A model generated the notes under the pieces. It saw nothing but the letters and a program-made list of their open reading frames with translations, searched no databases and was not told the DNA's origin. From NCBI GenBank assembly GCA_965205655.1, contig CBDBIJ010000058.1:32001-96000 (forward strand): a stretch of DNA of 64,000 nt, read 5' to 3'. Origin of the DNA: Candidatus Latescibacterota bacterium (GTDB lineage: Bacteria; Latescibacterota; UBA2968; UBA8231). Of this stretch, positions 51,063 through 61,976 are shown one piece after another (position 1 is the first letter of the stretch; every line of letters starts with the position of its first letter). The translations under genes were made by a program, and so were the position numbers.

Positions 51063-51758
51063 ATGCTGATGCTGGCCATCGATACGTCCACTTCGTCTGG
51101 GAGTGCGGCCCTGCTGGTGGAAGGCCGCGTCGCCGTGGAGCGATTCTTCGACATGGACCGACAGCACTCCAAGAGGTTGATGGTGGAAGTGGATGAGGCG
51201 CTGAGAAGCGCCGATCGCACGGCAGCCGAACTCGACGCCGTCGCCGTCACAATCGGGCCCGGCTCGTTCACCGGCCTGCGCATTGGACTGAGCGCCGCAA
51301 AGGGCCTCTGTTTCGCCGGCGACGCCGCCCTGATACTCGTTTCGACGCTGGAAGCCGCTGCCGCCAGATTGCCATACTGCGCCGATCCCGTCTGCGTGGT
51401 GCTCGAGGCGCGAAGGAGCGAAGTGTACGCGGGACTCTACGATACGTCTCTTGGATACCCCCGGAAGCTGTGGGGACCGGATGCCCTGGCACCCGAGGAG
51501 CTTGTCGAGCGGCTGGCAGATTGCGAAGGGGTCGCGCTCACCGGTGGTGGCGCGACGGTTCACGCCGCGCTTCTCAGCAAACATCCGGGCGCCCGAATGG
51601 CCCCCCCTCACTGCCTCGGGCCCACGGCGGGCGCTGCCGGCTGGCTGGCGACGAGGAAGCTGGCGGCCGGTGAGACAGTCGATCCGGCCAGTGCAGAGCC
51701 TGAGTACGTCAGGCAGCCGGACTACGCGGCAATGCCGCACGCTCAACGACCGGGATAG
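51063..51758 (+). CDS. tsaB: t6A biosynthesis protein TsaB
   Basis: LAIDTST, HS, GPGSFTGLRIG, ARRSEVY, PEYVR. Confidence 0.93.
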   Translation: MLMLAIDTSTSSGSAALLVEGRVAVERFFDMDRQHSKRLMVEVDEALRSADRTAAELDAVAVTIGPGSFTGLRIGLSAAKGLCFAGDAALILVSTLEAAAARLPYCADPVCVVLEARRSEVYAGLYDTSLGYPRKLWGPDALAPEELVERLADCEGVALTGGGATVHAALLSKHPGARMAPPHCLGPTAGAAGWLATRKLAAGETVDPASAEPEYVRQPDYAAMPHAQRPG

Positions 51759-51762
51759 GGTC

Positions 51763-52239
51763 ATGGAAATCGCGGAGCTGGAGGGACTGGCGAAAGGGGA
51801 GGACCTGGGCAGAATGGCGCAGATCGAGCGCGCGTCGTTCGCGCAGCCATGGACGATCGCGGATTTCCAGATGCTGGCCGCGGACGAACGCGCACTCAAT
51901 GTGGGACTGTGGCGGGGTGACGATCTCGTCGGCTATTCCATCGGATACATCGAAGAGACCGGCTTTCATCTGGCCAGCATTGCCATAGATCCCCGATATC
52001 GAAGGCAGGGGTGGGGCAGCGGCCTGCTCGCCGAATCGCTGCGCAAAGCAGCTGAACGAGCGTGCCGGAGTTGCCACCTGGAAGTTCGTCGTTCGAACAG
52101 CGCCGCCATCTCTCTGTATCGAAAGTACGGGTTTCAGCTGACGGAGACCCGGCCTCGATTCTACACATCCCCTGTGGAGGACGCACTGGTCCTGCAACGA
52201 CTCCTTCCCGATTTCGCAGAGAAGACATGGCCACGGTAG
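51763..52239 (+). CDS. rimI: Ribosomal protein N-acetyltransferase (GNAT)
   Basis: IERASF..PW, IAIDPRYRRQGWG, LEVRRSN..AI.LY.KYGF....RPRFY..P.EDA; follows tsaB. Confidence 0.88.
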   Translation: MEIAELEGLAKGEDLGRMAQIERASFAQPWTIADFQMLAADERALNVGLWRGDDLVGYSIGYIEETGFHLASIAIDPRYRRQGWGSGLLAESLRKAAERACRSCHLEVRRSNSAAISLYRKYGFQLTETRPRFYTSPVEDALVLQRLLPDFAEKTWPR

Positions 52240-53333
52240 TGCTGAAGTCGGTGACCAAGGTGTTTGACAAGAGCGTCGTCGCCGTTGACGAGGCGAGCTT
52301 CGACATCGAGGACAAGGAGTTTGTCGTGCTCGTGGGACCCTCCGGCTGCGGCAAATCGACGACCCTGCGCATGATCGCTGGTCTCGAAGAGATCACCGAC
52401 GGCGAGATCTACATAGACGGCGATCTCGTCAACGACATTCCGCCCAAAGATCGCGACATCGCCATGGTTTTCCAGAACTACGCTCTCTACCCGCACATGA
52501 CGGCGTACCAGAACATGGCGTTCGGCCTCAAGCTGCGGAAATACCCAAAGGTTGAGATAGACGACCGTGTGCGCGAAGCGGCGCAGATCTTGGGTATCGA
52601 TGATCTGCTCGACAGGAAACCCAAAGCCATGTCGGGCGGCCAGCGTCAACGAGTCGCCGTGGGGAGGGCAATCGTGCGCAAGCCCAAGGTGTTCCTGTTC
52701 GACGAGCCCCTTTCGAACCTCGACGCCAAACTCCGGGTGCAAATGCGGACGGAGATCAGCAAGCTGCACACGAGACTGGGGGCGACCATGGTCTACGTCA
52801 CACACGATCAGGTGGAGGCGATGACGATGGGCGATCGCATCGCGGTCATGAACGAGGGCAAGGTGCAGCAGATCGACGCGCCGCTACGGCTGTACGAAGA
52901 TCCGGCGAACCAATTCGTCGCTGGCTTCATCGGCAGCCCATCCATGAATTTCATCGCCGGCAGCATTCTCGATGAGGGCACCAGTCTTTCATTCGAGGGT
53001 GCGGGAGTGCGGTTGCCACTGCCGGAGGTTTTCACAGAAAGGCTCAAGAGTTACGCACGCACGGATGTCATGCTCGGAATCCGTCCGGAGGACATTCACG
53101 ACCCCAGTACACTGGTGCCAGGAAAACAGCTGGCGGAACTGACGGCAAAAGTAGAAGTCGTAGAGCCTATGGGCAGTGAGGTTTTTCTCTACCTGTCAGC
53201 GGGCCCGACCCCCCTTGTAGCGAGAGTCGATCCTCTCCATGTGCCACAGGTGGGTCACAGCGTCCGGCTCGCAGTCGAAGTCGGCAAGGCACACTTTTTC
53301 GACAGGGACTCCGCGGCCAGCCTGCTGGTGTAG
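52227..53333 (+). CDS. Carbohydrate ABC transporter ATPase (MalK/UgpC/MsmX family)
   Basis: GPSGCGKSTTLRMIAGLE, AMVFQNYALYPHM, SGGQRQRVA, DEPLSNLDAKLR, C-terminal TOBE region. Confidence 0.93.
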   Translation: MATVVLKSVTKVFDKSVVAVDEASFDIEDKEFVVLVGPSGCGKSTTLRMIAGLEEITDGEIYIDGDLVNDIPPKDRDIAMVFQNYALYPHMTAYQNMAFGLKLRKYPKVEIDDRVREAAQILGIDDLLDRKPKAMSGGQRQRVAVGRAIVRKPKVFLFDEPLSNLDAKLRVQMRTEISKLHTRLGATMVYVTHDQVEAMTMGDRIAVMNEGKVQQIDAPLRLYEDPANQFVAGFIGSPSMNFIAGSILDEGTSLSFEGAGVRLPLPEVFTERLKSYARTDVMLGIRPEDIHDPSTLVPGKQLAELTAKVEVVEPMGSEVFLYLSAGPTPLVARVDPLHVPQVGHSVRLAVEVGKAHFFDRDSAASLLV

Positions 53334-53367
53334 TCCCTCCACATCCGTATAGCCCGGCTCAGACACT

Positions 53368-54456
53368 GTGTCGCTCGACGGAATCACCGGTCAGGACCGG
53401 GCCAAGTCGCAGATAGCAGGGTGGTTGAGGGCCGGGCGGCTTCCCCACACCATCCTGATCAGCGGTCGGGAGGGTGTGGGAAAACGCTCCCTGGCGCTCG
53501 AGCTCGCCAAGGGTATCAACTGCGAGCGGGGCGAGTGGCCGGCCTGCGACGACTGCAGATCATGTATCAAAGCCGCGTTGCTCGAACATCCTGACCTCCA
53601 CGTCCTGCTGCCGCTGCCGCCGGTTCGCGGACGTGCGGAAGTGGCACAGCTGCTGACATCGATGCGTGCAGCCAGCCTCGAGTATCTCAGCTACGAGACC
53701 GACGCTTCCCGCAGCAACCACAATATCCCCGTCGACGTGATTCGCGCTATCCAGCGGGAAATGGGCCACACGCCCACTGGCGGGCCCCGACGAATCTGTC
53801 TCATTTTCGAGGCCGACCGGATGCATCAGGCAGGCGCCAACTCCCTGCTGAAGATACTCGAGGAACCGCCCGGACGCGCCGTCTTCCTACTGGTGTCATC
53901 GGCTCCGGACCGCCTTCCGCCAACAGTCGTCTCCAGGTGTCAGCGTCTCCACCTTCAGCCCCTGACTCGGCAGCAATTGAAGGCGAGTCTTTTGGCCTCA
54001 GGTGCCGAGGAGGTCCGCGCCGAGGTTGGGGCTCGCTTCGGAGCGGGGAGTCTGCAGCGCGCCGGCGAGGCGCTGACTGACGGGTTCGATGAGTGGCGGG
54101 AACTCGTAGAGCGCTTCGTAGAGGCCGCCATTCAGGGCGAAGACGGGGGGTACTGGAAGTTGTTGGACGAGCTGGATGCGACGAAAGACCGAACGCAGCT
54201 CGAGCGGTTTCTCCACATGTGCGGCCTGTACCTGCGAGATCTGTTTCTGATGGCGAACGGCGCAGCGCACGAGGTGGTCAACGCAGACCGAGTCGATCGA
54301 ATGGCTGCGTGGCTGGCCGCAATGGATCGGAACAGGCTCGAGGCAGCCGCGATCGAAGCGGACCGCGCCTACGAGTATCTGATGCAGAATGTCGGCCCGT
54401 CACTCGTGCTTGCCGATCTGTGGCGGGCGCTCAGGCATTCGGAGGAGGCTGCGTAG
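53368..54456 (+). CDS. holB: DNA polymerase III delta-prime subunit
   Basis: G..GVGK..LA, C...CDDCRSC, HPD, ANSLLKILEEPP, TVVSRCQ. Confidence 0.92.
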   Translation: MSLDGITGQDRAKSQIAGWLRAGRLPHTILISGREGVGKRSLALELAKGINCERGEWPACDDCRSCIKAALLEHPDLHVLLPLPPVRGRAEVAQLLTSMRAASLEYLSYETDASRSNHNIPVDVIRAIQREMGHTPTGGPRRICLIFEADRMHQAGANSLLKILEEPPGRAVFLLVSSAPDRLPPTVVSRCQRLHLQPLTRQQLKASLLASGAEEVRAEVGARFGAGSLQRAGEALTDGFDEWRELVERFVEAAIQGEDGGYWKLLDELDATKDRTQLERFLHMCGLYLRDLFLMANGAAHEVVNADRVDRMAAWLAAMDRNRLEAAAIEADRAYEYLMQNVGPSLVLADLWRALRHSEEAA

Positions 54457-54465
54457 GGCAAGGGC

Positions 54466-55374
54466 ATGTCGAGCAAACCTGAAAGCGGCGGCCGGCTCAG
54501 GCAGCGTGCTCGGAAACGATTCGGCCAGCATTTCCTCCAAGATGCCTCAGCCCTGGCGCAGATTGCGGAGCTGGCGAGATCACCGGAGAGTCACCTCGTA
54601 CTGGAGGTCGGTCCGGGACGCGGCGCCCTCACGACCGAACTCCTGAAGCGACTGCCTCGTCTCGTGGCAGTAGAGATTGACCGCGACTTGGCGGGGACTC
54701 TGGCAGAGCGCTTCGATACCACCGCTTTGCGCGTCATCGAGGCGGACGTCCTCGATCTGGATCTTCAGCGGCTGCTGCGGGAGGAAGGCAAACAGAGGCT
54801 CGTGGTCGTCGGAAACCTGCCTTTCAACATAACGGCGCCCATCTTATTCCGACTCCTCGAGCACGCATCCAGCATGGAACGCGCGGTGCTAACCCTCCAA
54901 AAGGAAGTCGCCAGGCGGGTTGTGGCTGCGCCCGGCTCGAAATCCTACGGCCTCATCACGGTGCTGCTGAGCATGCGGGCCGAAGCGCGAATCCAACTCG
55001 ACATCCCGCGCACGGCATTCCGACCACGACCTCAAGTCGATGCCGCGGTGGTTGAGCTGACGTTCTCCGGGCAATGCCGCTTCCCCGTCCTGAGCGAAGC
55101 GGTCTTCGACAAGGTTGCCCGCGCTGCTTTCGGACAGAGACGGAAGATGTTGCGCAACGCACTTCGGTCACTTGCGCCACTGCCATCCGATGTTGATGCA
55201 ACAGACCGGTACCTCTCCGATGAAGATATCGGCAGGGCGGCCGACAGTTCGGGGATCGACCTGAGTCGCCGGGCAGAGACACTGGCGACCGCAGAATTCG
55301 CGGCGCTGAGCGACGCCCTGTTCGAAGTGGCGCAGGATGCATCCGCGGCGCCTTGCGGGGAGGTCGGCGATTGA
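54466..55374 (+). CDS. rsmA: 16S rRNA m6,2A dimethyltransferase
   Basis: KRFGQHFL, EVGPGRGALT, VEIDRDL, VGNLPFNI, F.QRRKMLRN, RAETL. Confidence 0.96.
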   Translation: MSSKPESGGRLRQRARKRFGQHFLQDASALAQIAELARSPESHLVLEVGPGRGALTTELLKRLPRLVAVEIDRDLAGTLAERFDTTALRVIEADVLDLDLQRLLREEGKQRLVVVGNLPFNITAPILFRLLEHASSMERAVLTLQKEVARRVVAAPGSKSYGLITVLLSMRAEARIQLDIPRTAFRPRPQVDAAVVELTFSGQCRFPVLSEAVFDKVARAAFGQRRKMLRNALRSLAPLPSDVDATDRYLSDEDIGRAADSSGIDLSRRAETLATAEFAALSDALFEVAQDASAAPCGEVGD

Positions 55375-57403
55375 AGCTGTGGCCCTTTCGGGGAGTCGCT
55401 GCGCGACTCCCCGAAAGGGCTTCTCCGGCCGTTCGCTGTTGCCCGTCTGCGCAATATCGATCTCGTGCTACTCTATGTCCCTCGAGGCGGCGGAGACCTA
55501 CACCCTGAGATTTTCCAAGTCCAGTGACCGGATGAGTTGGCGCCCCTCGATTCCCGGCTGGAGATACACGGTACCGGTGGCGCTAGTGGCCTCCGGAGAC
55601 ACGACGGCGAGACTGAGTCTCTCCGCCAATACCTCGATGGGCGCGACTCTCACAGAGCGATCGGGTAGGAAGACGTGGCAGGACAACGTCAGCATCAGCA
55701 GCTCCATCAACTACCCCATTCTCGGGCCGAAGGCGTCGATCGGCATGAGCGCGAATATGTCGAGCCGCAGCAGCACCCTCGTAAACCAGCGGATTCGTTC
55801 GCAGACCTTCGGGTTCCGGTTCTCCTACAGCCCCTTCGCGGGCCGGGACGGACCCTTCAAGAGCATGAGAGTGAGTCTAACTCCGAGCTTGATCACCGCC
55901 GGCAGGGCGACCCGAGCCAACCTGGACAGTACGATCGAGGAAAGGGGAATTCAGTACAGCGCGTCTCTGAGCGTGTCGCCGGCGCTGAAGATCGGTGGTC
56001 AGAAGGTCAGTCCGTCCTTCCGCCTGTCGAAGCGGGACAACACGCTCAAGAGCAACAAGAGCAGGAGCGAGAGTATGAGTCTGTCGGGCAGCTACAAGCT
56101 GGCCAAGGACCTGAGGACCAGTTTGTCATTCTCCGAGGGCCGCAGCGAGCGGGGGTTGACCAGGGCCATCTTCGACACTGTTTCGCTGGGCGACGAGGTC
56201 GTCAACGACACGACAGTATCGGCCGAGCTGTCGGAAACACGGACCCGGAGCGTGAGCACCTCCCTGAAGTTCAAGCTTGCAGGCTTCGACTTCAACAGCA
56301 AACACGGTTGGTCGCAAAACCTGAACACGAACACGGCGAACGTAGCCGAAGATGCGCGGAATCGCTTCTTCGCCCGAGATCGGGAGACGGCTCGCTGGAA
56401 CTTCGGCCTGGACGCAAACGGCAAACTACCGGCAGGGCTGGTGGCACGCGCCAAGTTTCAGTACGACCTGGACAGCCTCGAGCGTCTGCCGGTCAGACTC
56501 GCCAGCGGCAGCTCCTGCCCGCCGCCGACGCGGCAGATCGCCCCAGGTGTGTGTCGAGACCCCAGTGACGATCGAGACAACCGCGATATGGCCCTCAATG
56601 GATCGCTGAACTTTCAGGTTGTGAAAGACCACACGCTCACGTTGTTCGGCTCCAGTAGACTGAGCCGAGGCGACAACCCGGGCGATCCCCAACGGGATCG
56701 CGACACCTCCACGGGCAACGCCAGCGTGGGGTATCGCGGCACGTTCGCCAGCGGTCTCAGCTTGAGCAGCACGTTGAGCGTGACCAACCTTCACCGGATT
56801 TTTCTTGACGCAACCCAGTCCAGCAAGAATTCGCGCAATCGCGATCTCAGACTGAAAATCAACACATCCTACCAGAGGCTGGAGACGAATCTCAGCCATA
56901 GTTTTGAAATATCCGCCAGGAGAACTATTTTCGACTTCGATCGCGAGCTGAACGAACGCGTTATCGATCGCAAGAGCACGATCAGGCGCAGCTGGACAAT
57001 GAGGCACTCGGCAAGTCGCTCGTTGCTCGACGGGCTCAGACTGAGCGGCAATTTTGCATACTCAGCGGATGACTTGGGCACGCTGCTGTTGGACAGGCGG
57101 GCGCAGATCGTCGAGCAAGACAACGCCGATTTCAACTTCGGTACCAACATGAATTACAGAGTCAACGACGAGTTGTCGTGCGGCGTGAACTACAGCAGCC
57201 GGCTCGATCGGCAATGGAAATGGACATATCCCGTTGGCGGGCCAGAGCGGGATCTGTCGCGGCGCAACCGCCACCGGACCCTCGGAGTTAGCGCCAACTA
57301 CAACCCGAGCAGCGAGACGAGTATGAACGCTCGAGCGAGCCGTTCGCGGCAGCGCAGCGGCACCTTTGACAGCTTCAGCGTCACTTTCACGCGCAGGGTC
57401 TAG
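55337..57403 (+). CDS. Hypothetical outer-membrane beta-barrel-like protein
   Basis: Long ORF in operon context with many alternating amphipathic strands and terminal FSVTFTRRV; start uncertain. Confidence 0.6.
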   Translation: MHPRRLAGRSAIEAVALSGSRCATPRKGFSGRSLLPVCAISISCYSMSLEAAETYTLRFSKSSDRMSWRPSIPGWRYTVPVALVASGDTTARLSLSANTSMGATLTERSGRKTWQDNVSISSSINYPILGPKASIGMSANMSSRSSTLVNQRIRSQTFGFRFSYSPFAGRDGPFKSMRVSLTPSLITAGRATRANLDSTIEERGIQYSASLSVSPALKIGGQKVSPSFRLSKRDNTLKSNKSRSESMSLSGSYKLAKDLRTSLSFSEGRSERGLTRAIFDTVSLGDEVVNDTTVSAELSETRTRSVSTSLKFKLAGFDFNSKHGWSQNLNTNTANVAEDARNRFFARDRETARWNFGLDANGKLPAGLVARAKFQYDLDSLERLPVRLASGSSCPPPTRQIAPGVCRDPSDDRDNRDMALNGSLNFQVVKDHTLTLFGSSRLSRGDNPGDPQRDRDTSTGNASVGYRGTFASGLSLSSTLSVTNLHRIFLDATQSSKNSRNRDLRLKINTSYQRLETNLSHSFEISARRTIFDFDRELNERVIDRKSTIRRSWTMRHSASRSLLDGLRLSGNFAYSADDLGTLLLDRRAQIVEQDNADFNFGTNMNYRVNDELSCGVNYSSRLDRQWKWTYPVGGPERDLSRRNRHRTLGVSANYNPSSETSMNARASRSRQRSGTFDSFSVTFTRRV

Positions 57404-57430
57404 CCGCAGTGTATAGCCGCAGTGTATAGC
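57401..57430 (+). repeat. 13-bp tandem duplication (2.3 copies) at the stop codon
   Basis: TAGCCGCAGTGTA-TAGCCGCAGTGTA-TAGC. Confidence 0.9.
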
Positions 57431-57453
57431 AAGGTCTAGTGGAGTAACGGCAC

Positions 57454-58377
57454 ATGCCCGACATGCCAAGGTCCGACACGATATGGTTCAACGGCGAGTG
57501 GGTGCCTTGGGACGAGGCGAACATTCACGTGCTGTCACACGTGGTCCACTACGGCTCGAGCGTGTTCGAGGGAATCAGGTGCTACGATACAGCGAAGGGG
57601 CCAGCTGTTTTTCGATTGCAGGATCACATACGCCGGCTCTACGACTCGGCCAAGATCTACCGCATGGAGATCCCCTACTCACAGGACCAGTTTATTGACG
57701 CGGTGCTCGAGACGATTCGGGCGAACAAGCTACGAGCCTGCTACATCAGGCCAATCGTCTACCGGGGGTACGGGTCTCTGGGAGTCGACCCGCACACCTG
57801 CCCGGTGGATTGTGTAATCGCCGTATGGGAGTGGGGTGAATACCTCGGGGACGAGGCGCTCGAGAAAGGCGTCTCAGTGTGCACGTCGTCGTGGAACCGG
57901 ATGGGCCCCAACACCCTTCCCTTCCTGGCGAAGGCAGGGGGCAACTACCTCAACTCGCAGCTCGTACGCATGGAAGCCAACGCCAACGGTTACGACGAGG
58001 GCATCGTCCTGGGGCCCGACGGCCTGGTGAGCGAAGGCAGCGGCGAGAATATTTTCGCGGTCAGGAATTCCGTCATCAACACGCCGACCACCCACCACTC
58101 GATCCTGCCGGGAATAACGCGACACAGCGCCTTCACGCTCGCGAGAGACCTCGGTTATCGCGTTGAACAGCGGGGCATGCCGCGGGAGTTCCTCTACATC
58201 GCCGACGAGGTTTTCTTTACCGGCACGGCAGCCGAAGTCTCCCCCATCCGCGCCATCGATAAGATCCAGATCGGCGACGGCAAACGCGGGCCGATTACGA
58301 AGAAGGTGCAGGACCTGTTCTTCAAGGTCACGAACGCCGAAGTCGAGGACTGCCACGGCTGGCTCACCTTTGTCTGA
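57454..58377 (+). CDS. ilvE: Branched-chain amino acid aminotransferase
   Basis: [52 protein letters not shown]. Confidence 0.96.
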   Translation: MPDMPRSDTIWFNGEWVPWDEANIHVLSHVVHYGSSVFEGIRCYDTAKGPAVFRLQDHIRRLYDSAKIYRMEIPYSQDQFIDAVLETIRANKLRACYIRPIVYRGYGSLGVDPHTCPVDCVIAVWEWGEYLGDEALEKGVSVCTSSWNRMGPNTLPFLAKAGGNYLNSQLVRMEANANGYDEGIVLGPDGLVSEGSGENIFAVRNSVINTPTTHHSILPGITRHSAFTLARDLGYRVEQRGMPREFLYIADEVFFTGTAAEVSPIRAIDKIQIGDGKRGPITKKVQDLFFKVTNAEVEDCHGWLTFV

Positions 58378-60625
58378 CATCCGTCGTCGCACGGTTCGAA
58401 GGGTCGTCGCCGTCTGGCTACCCTTCGCAATCGTCCTCGCCGGCTGCTTTTCCAACAATCCCTACCGCGCCTCGGAACGCGGTCAGAACACCTACTACGG
58501 TGTGTTCGGGGAACCGCCAAAGCATCTCGATCCGGCGATTTCCTACTCGTCGGGCCAGTACACCTTCATAAGCCAGATTTACGAGCCGCCGCTGCAGTAC
58601 CATTATCTGAGGCGGCCGTACGAACTGATTCCGCTCACGGCACAGCGCGTACCTACGCCCACCTACTACGGTGCCGACGGACGACTCCTCGGCACCGAGC
58701 CGCCCGCCGACGAGGTGTCGCGCGCCGTGTACCGGGTGGAGATCAGTCCGCACGTACTGTATCAGCCACACCCCTGCTTCGCCCGTAGTGACGACGGCGC
58801 GTATCTCTACCACGATCTGAAATCGAATACCGCTACCGAGGCATTGCGGCAGCGTCTCGACACGTACGAAGAGATCGAGGAATTCGAGGTGCAGGCTACG
58901 CGTGAACTGACGGCCGCCGATTACGCCTATCAGATCAAACGGCTGGCCGATCCGCGGTTGCACAGCCCGATCTTCTCCACAATGGCCAAGTACATCGTCG
59001 GGCTGGATAGACTGGGCCAGGATCTGAACGACGAATTGGACCGCATCCGGCGGGATCGCCGCCAGCGCGCAGGCGCGCTCTACAGCCAGGAGAGAGACGA
59101 GCTCCAGAATCCGATCTGGTTGGACCTGGACCGCTTCGAGCTACAGGGAGTGCGGGTGCTCGGTGAGTTGACCTTGGAAATAGAGCTCAGTCAGAAGTAT
59201 CCCCAGTTCGTCTATTGGCTGGCGATGCCGTTCTTCGCCCCAATTCCGCGCGAGGCAGATCGCTTTTTTGCCCAGGAACCCTTGATGCGGCGGAATCTCA
59301 GGCTCGACAATCGTCCCATCGGGACCGGCCCCTACCGAATGGCTTCATTCGTGGCCCACAAAGAGATCGTTTTGGTGCGCAACGAGAACTACCGGGCAGC
59401 CTTCTATCCCACGGAGGGCGAGCCTGGAGACGAAGCAAAAGGGTTCCTCGACGATGCTGGAGCGCGATTGCCGTTCATCGACAGGGCGGTGTACAAGCTC
59501 GATAAGGAGTCCATACCACGGTGGAGCAAGTTTCTCCAGGGCTACTACGAGACGTCCCTCATCGCCACCGAGGTCTTCGACCAGGTGGTACAGTTCGATG
59601 CCGAGGGCGGCCTCGATCTTTCGCCACAACTCGAGGAGCGCGGGGTCCATCTCGTCAAGACAGTGCAGCCCCGGATTCGGTACTTCGCCTTCAACATGAA
59701 CGACGACGTCGTGGGGGGGTACGGCGAGGAGAAACGGAGGCTGAGGCAGGCGCTTTCGATCGCCGTCGATATCGAGGAGTACATTCAGATCTTCACCAAC
59801 GGCCGCGGGCAGCCGGCTCACGACCCGATCCCACCAGGAATTTTCGGTCACGGGTCAGGGAGTGGACAGATGGACCCGTTCGTCTACCGAAAGGACGAGG
59901 CAACAGGCGAACCGCTGCGGCGAACCATCGATGAAGCCAGGGCGCTGCTGGCCGAAGCCGGATACGAGGGCGGCAAGGACGCCTCCGGTGAGCCTCTCGT
60001 GCTCTACTTCGATACCTACTGGACGGGTCCCGGCGCCAAGGCGCGCACGGACTGGCTCCGGAAGCAATTCGCCAGGCTCGAAGTCGACCTCGAGATTCGC
60101 CAGACAGACTACAACCGGTTCAACGGCAAGATATCGAAGGGGAACTATCAGATGTTTATGTGGGGGTGGAACGCGGACTACCCCGACCCCGAAAATTTCC
60201 TTTTTCTACTGTACGGTCCGAACGGCACGACAAAGCACGGCGGCGCCAACCACAGCAACTACGACAACCCGGAGTTCAACCGGCTCTTCAAGCTGATGGA
60301 ATCCACGGCGAACGGACCGGAACGGCGCGCTCTGCTCGAGCAGATGCTGGCCATCGCCCGGCGCGACTCCCCGTGGATCTGGGGGTATTTCCCGGTTTCG
60401 TTCACTCTCTACCACGAGTGGTACGGAAACGCCAAGCCGCTGGGAATAAGCAAGAACGACCTCAAATACAAGAAGGTCGATCCAACGCTGAGGGAACAGC
60501 GCCGACGTGAGTGGAATCAACCGGTGTCGTGGCCGCTGTGGGTGGCAGCGGTCGCCGTGGCAGCAGCGGCCATTCCCGCGCTGGTCACCATTCGCCGCCG
60601 GGAGCGCGAGGTCACGTCGCCGTGA
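58370..60625 (+). CDS. Family-5 (peptide/nickel) ABC substrate-binding lipoprotein with extra C-terminal TM helix
   Basis: TTG 58370 start; lipobox [27 protein letters not shown]; terminal hydrophobic helix. Confidence 0.88.
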   Translation: MSDIRRRTVRRVVAVWLPFAIVLAGCFSNNPYRASERGQNTYYGVFGEPPKHLDPAISYSSGQYTFISQIYEPPLQYHYLRRPYELIPLTAQRVPTPTYYGADGRLLGTEPPADEVSRAVYRVEISPHVLYQPHPCFARSDDGAYLYHDLKSNTATEALRQRLDTYEEIEEFEVQATRELTAADYAYQIKRLADPRLHSPIFSTMAKYIVGLDRLGQDLNDELDRIRRDRRQRAGALYSQERDELQNPIWLDLDRFELQGVRVLGELTLEIELSQKYPQFVYWLAMPFFAPIPREADRFFAQEPLMRRNLRLDNRPIGTGPYRMASFVAHKEIVLVRNENYRAAFYPTEGEPGDEAKGFLDDAGARLPFIDRAVYKLDKESIPRWSKFLQGYYETSLIATEVFDQVVQFDAEGGLDLSPQLEERGVHLVKTVQPRIRYFAFNMNDDVVGGYGEEKRRLRQALSIAVDIEEYIQIFTNGRGQPAHDPIPPGIFGHGSGSGQMDPFVYRKDEATGEPLRRTIDEARALLAEAGYEGGKDASGEPLVLYFDTYWTGPGAKARTDWLRKQFARLEVDLEIRQTDYNRFNGKISKGNYQMFMWGWNADYPDPENFLFLLYGPNGTTKHGGANHSNYDNPEFNRLFKLMESTANGPERRALLEQMLAIARRDSPWIWGYFPVSFTLYHEWYGNAKPLGISKNDLKYKKVDPTLREQRRREWNQPVSWPLWVAAVAVAAAAIPALVTIRRREREVTSP

Positions 60626-60641
60626 CCTCCGTCTTCTCGCC

Positions 60642-61958
60642 GTGACGGCCTACATCATCAGGCGGCTGTCATACGCCGTGCCCATTCTCATCGGCGTCAA
60701 CCTCATCACCTTCTTTCTGTTCTTCTTCATCAACACGCCGGACGACATGGCCAGGGCTCACCTCGGCACGCAACGGGTCACGGCTGAGCAAATCGCCAAG
60801 TGGAAGCGTGAGCGGGACTATCACTTGCCCTACTTCCTGAACTCGGGGTGGAGCCAGTTCGTCGTGCGCGAAGTGAGGGATGGCGAGGTGCGGTTGAGCC
60901 TGCCGTCGTCGCAGGCTCCCGGCTCTTACCGGATGCGGGTGGACGTTCCCACTCCGGCACCGGGCACCCTTTCCATCGACGTGCACGGCGACAGGGGGAG
61001 GTCGCCCATCGAGGACTGGCCGCCGGGAGGGTGGAGGATAGGGCTGGACTCTCCAACCCACGAGCTGGAGTTCGCCTTGACGGAGACATCTCCAGAAGGC
61101 CGAGACGACGACGGACTGCTCTTCTTCACGCTCTCGGCGTCCTCCGGGTCGCCGATGTCGTTGGTCACGATCGAGTACGAGGAGTCTCTGAGACTGGCTC
61201 AGAGCATCACCTCAACAATCTTCTGGAAGAAATCGGTCAAGTACCTGCTGTTTCAGTTCGGCAAGTCGGACGACGGCCGCGACATCACTGCCGAGATCCT
61301 CATCCGCATCGGACCAAGCCTCGCCATAACGGTTCCCACGTTCATCATCGGCATTCTGCTAAACATCACCATGGCGATGATGGTGGCGTTCTTTCGCGGT
61401 ACTTACATGGACTTCTGGGGTGTCGTCATCGCCGTGACCATGATGTCCATCTCCATCCTGTTCTACGTCATCGGCGCCCAGTGGCTGCTGGCCAAAACGC
61501 TCAGGCTCGTTCCTATCTCCGGGTTCGACACGGGCCTTCACGCAGTAAAGTTCGCGGCCCTCCCAGTCGTCATCGGCGTGATCGGCGGGATCGGTGGCGG
61601 GGTGCGACTCTACCGCACCTTCTTTCTCGAAGAGATCGGACGGGACTACGTGCGCACCGCTCGAGCCAAGGGGCTGCCGGAGTCGCTCGTCCTCTTCAAG
61701 CACGCGCTCAAGAACGCGATGATCCCGATCCTGACCGGTGTCGTCGTGACCATTCCCTTTCTCATCATCGGCAGCCTCATCCTGGAATCCTTCTTCGCCA
61801 TACCCGGAATGGGCAGCTTTACCCTGGAGGCGATCCAGCGGCAGGACTTCGCCATCGTCCAGGCCATGGTCTTTCTCGGCTCGGTCGTTTACATCGTCGG
61901 CCTCATCCTCACCGACATCTCCTACACGCTGGTGGACCCGAGGATCCGCTTCTCGTAG
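60642..61958 (+). CDS. Peptide ABC permease, OppB/DppB type
   Basis: AYIIRRL, DYVRTARAKGL, HALKNAMIP, ESFFAIPGMG, DISYTLVDPRIR. Confidence 0.92.
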   Translation: MTAYIIRRLSYAVPILIGVNLITFFLFFFINTPDDMARAHLGTQRVTAEQIAKWKRERDYHLPYFLNSGWSQFVVREVRDGEVRLSLPSSQAPGSYRMRVDVPTPAPGTLSIDVHGDRGRSPIEDWPPGGWRIGLDSPTHELEFALTETSPEGRDDDGLLFFTLSASSGSPMSLVTIEYEESLRLAQSITSTIFWKKSVKYLLFQFGKSDDGRDITAEILIRIGPSLAITVPTFIIGILLNITMAMMVAFFRGTYMDFWGVVIAVTMMSISILFYVIGAQWLLAKTLRLVPISGFDTGLHAVKFAALPVVIGVIGGIGGGVRLYRTFFLEEIGRDYVRTARAKGLPESLVLFKHALKNAMIPILTGVVVTIPFLIIGSLILESFFAIPGMGSFTLEAIQRQDFAIVQAMVFLGSVVYIVGLILTDISYTLVDPRIRFS

Positions 61959-61976
61959 CGGCAGCACCTAACGCTC

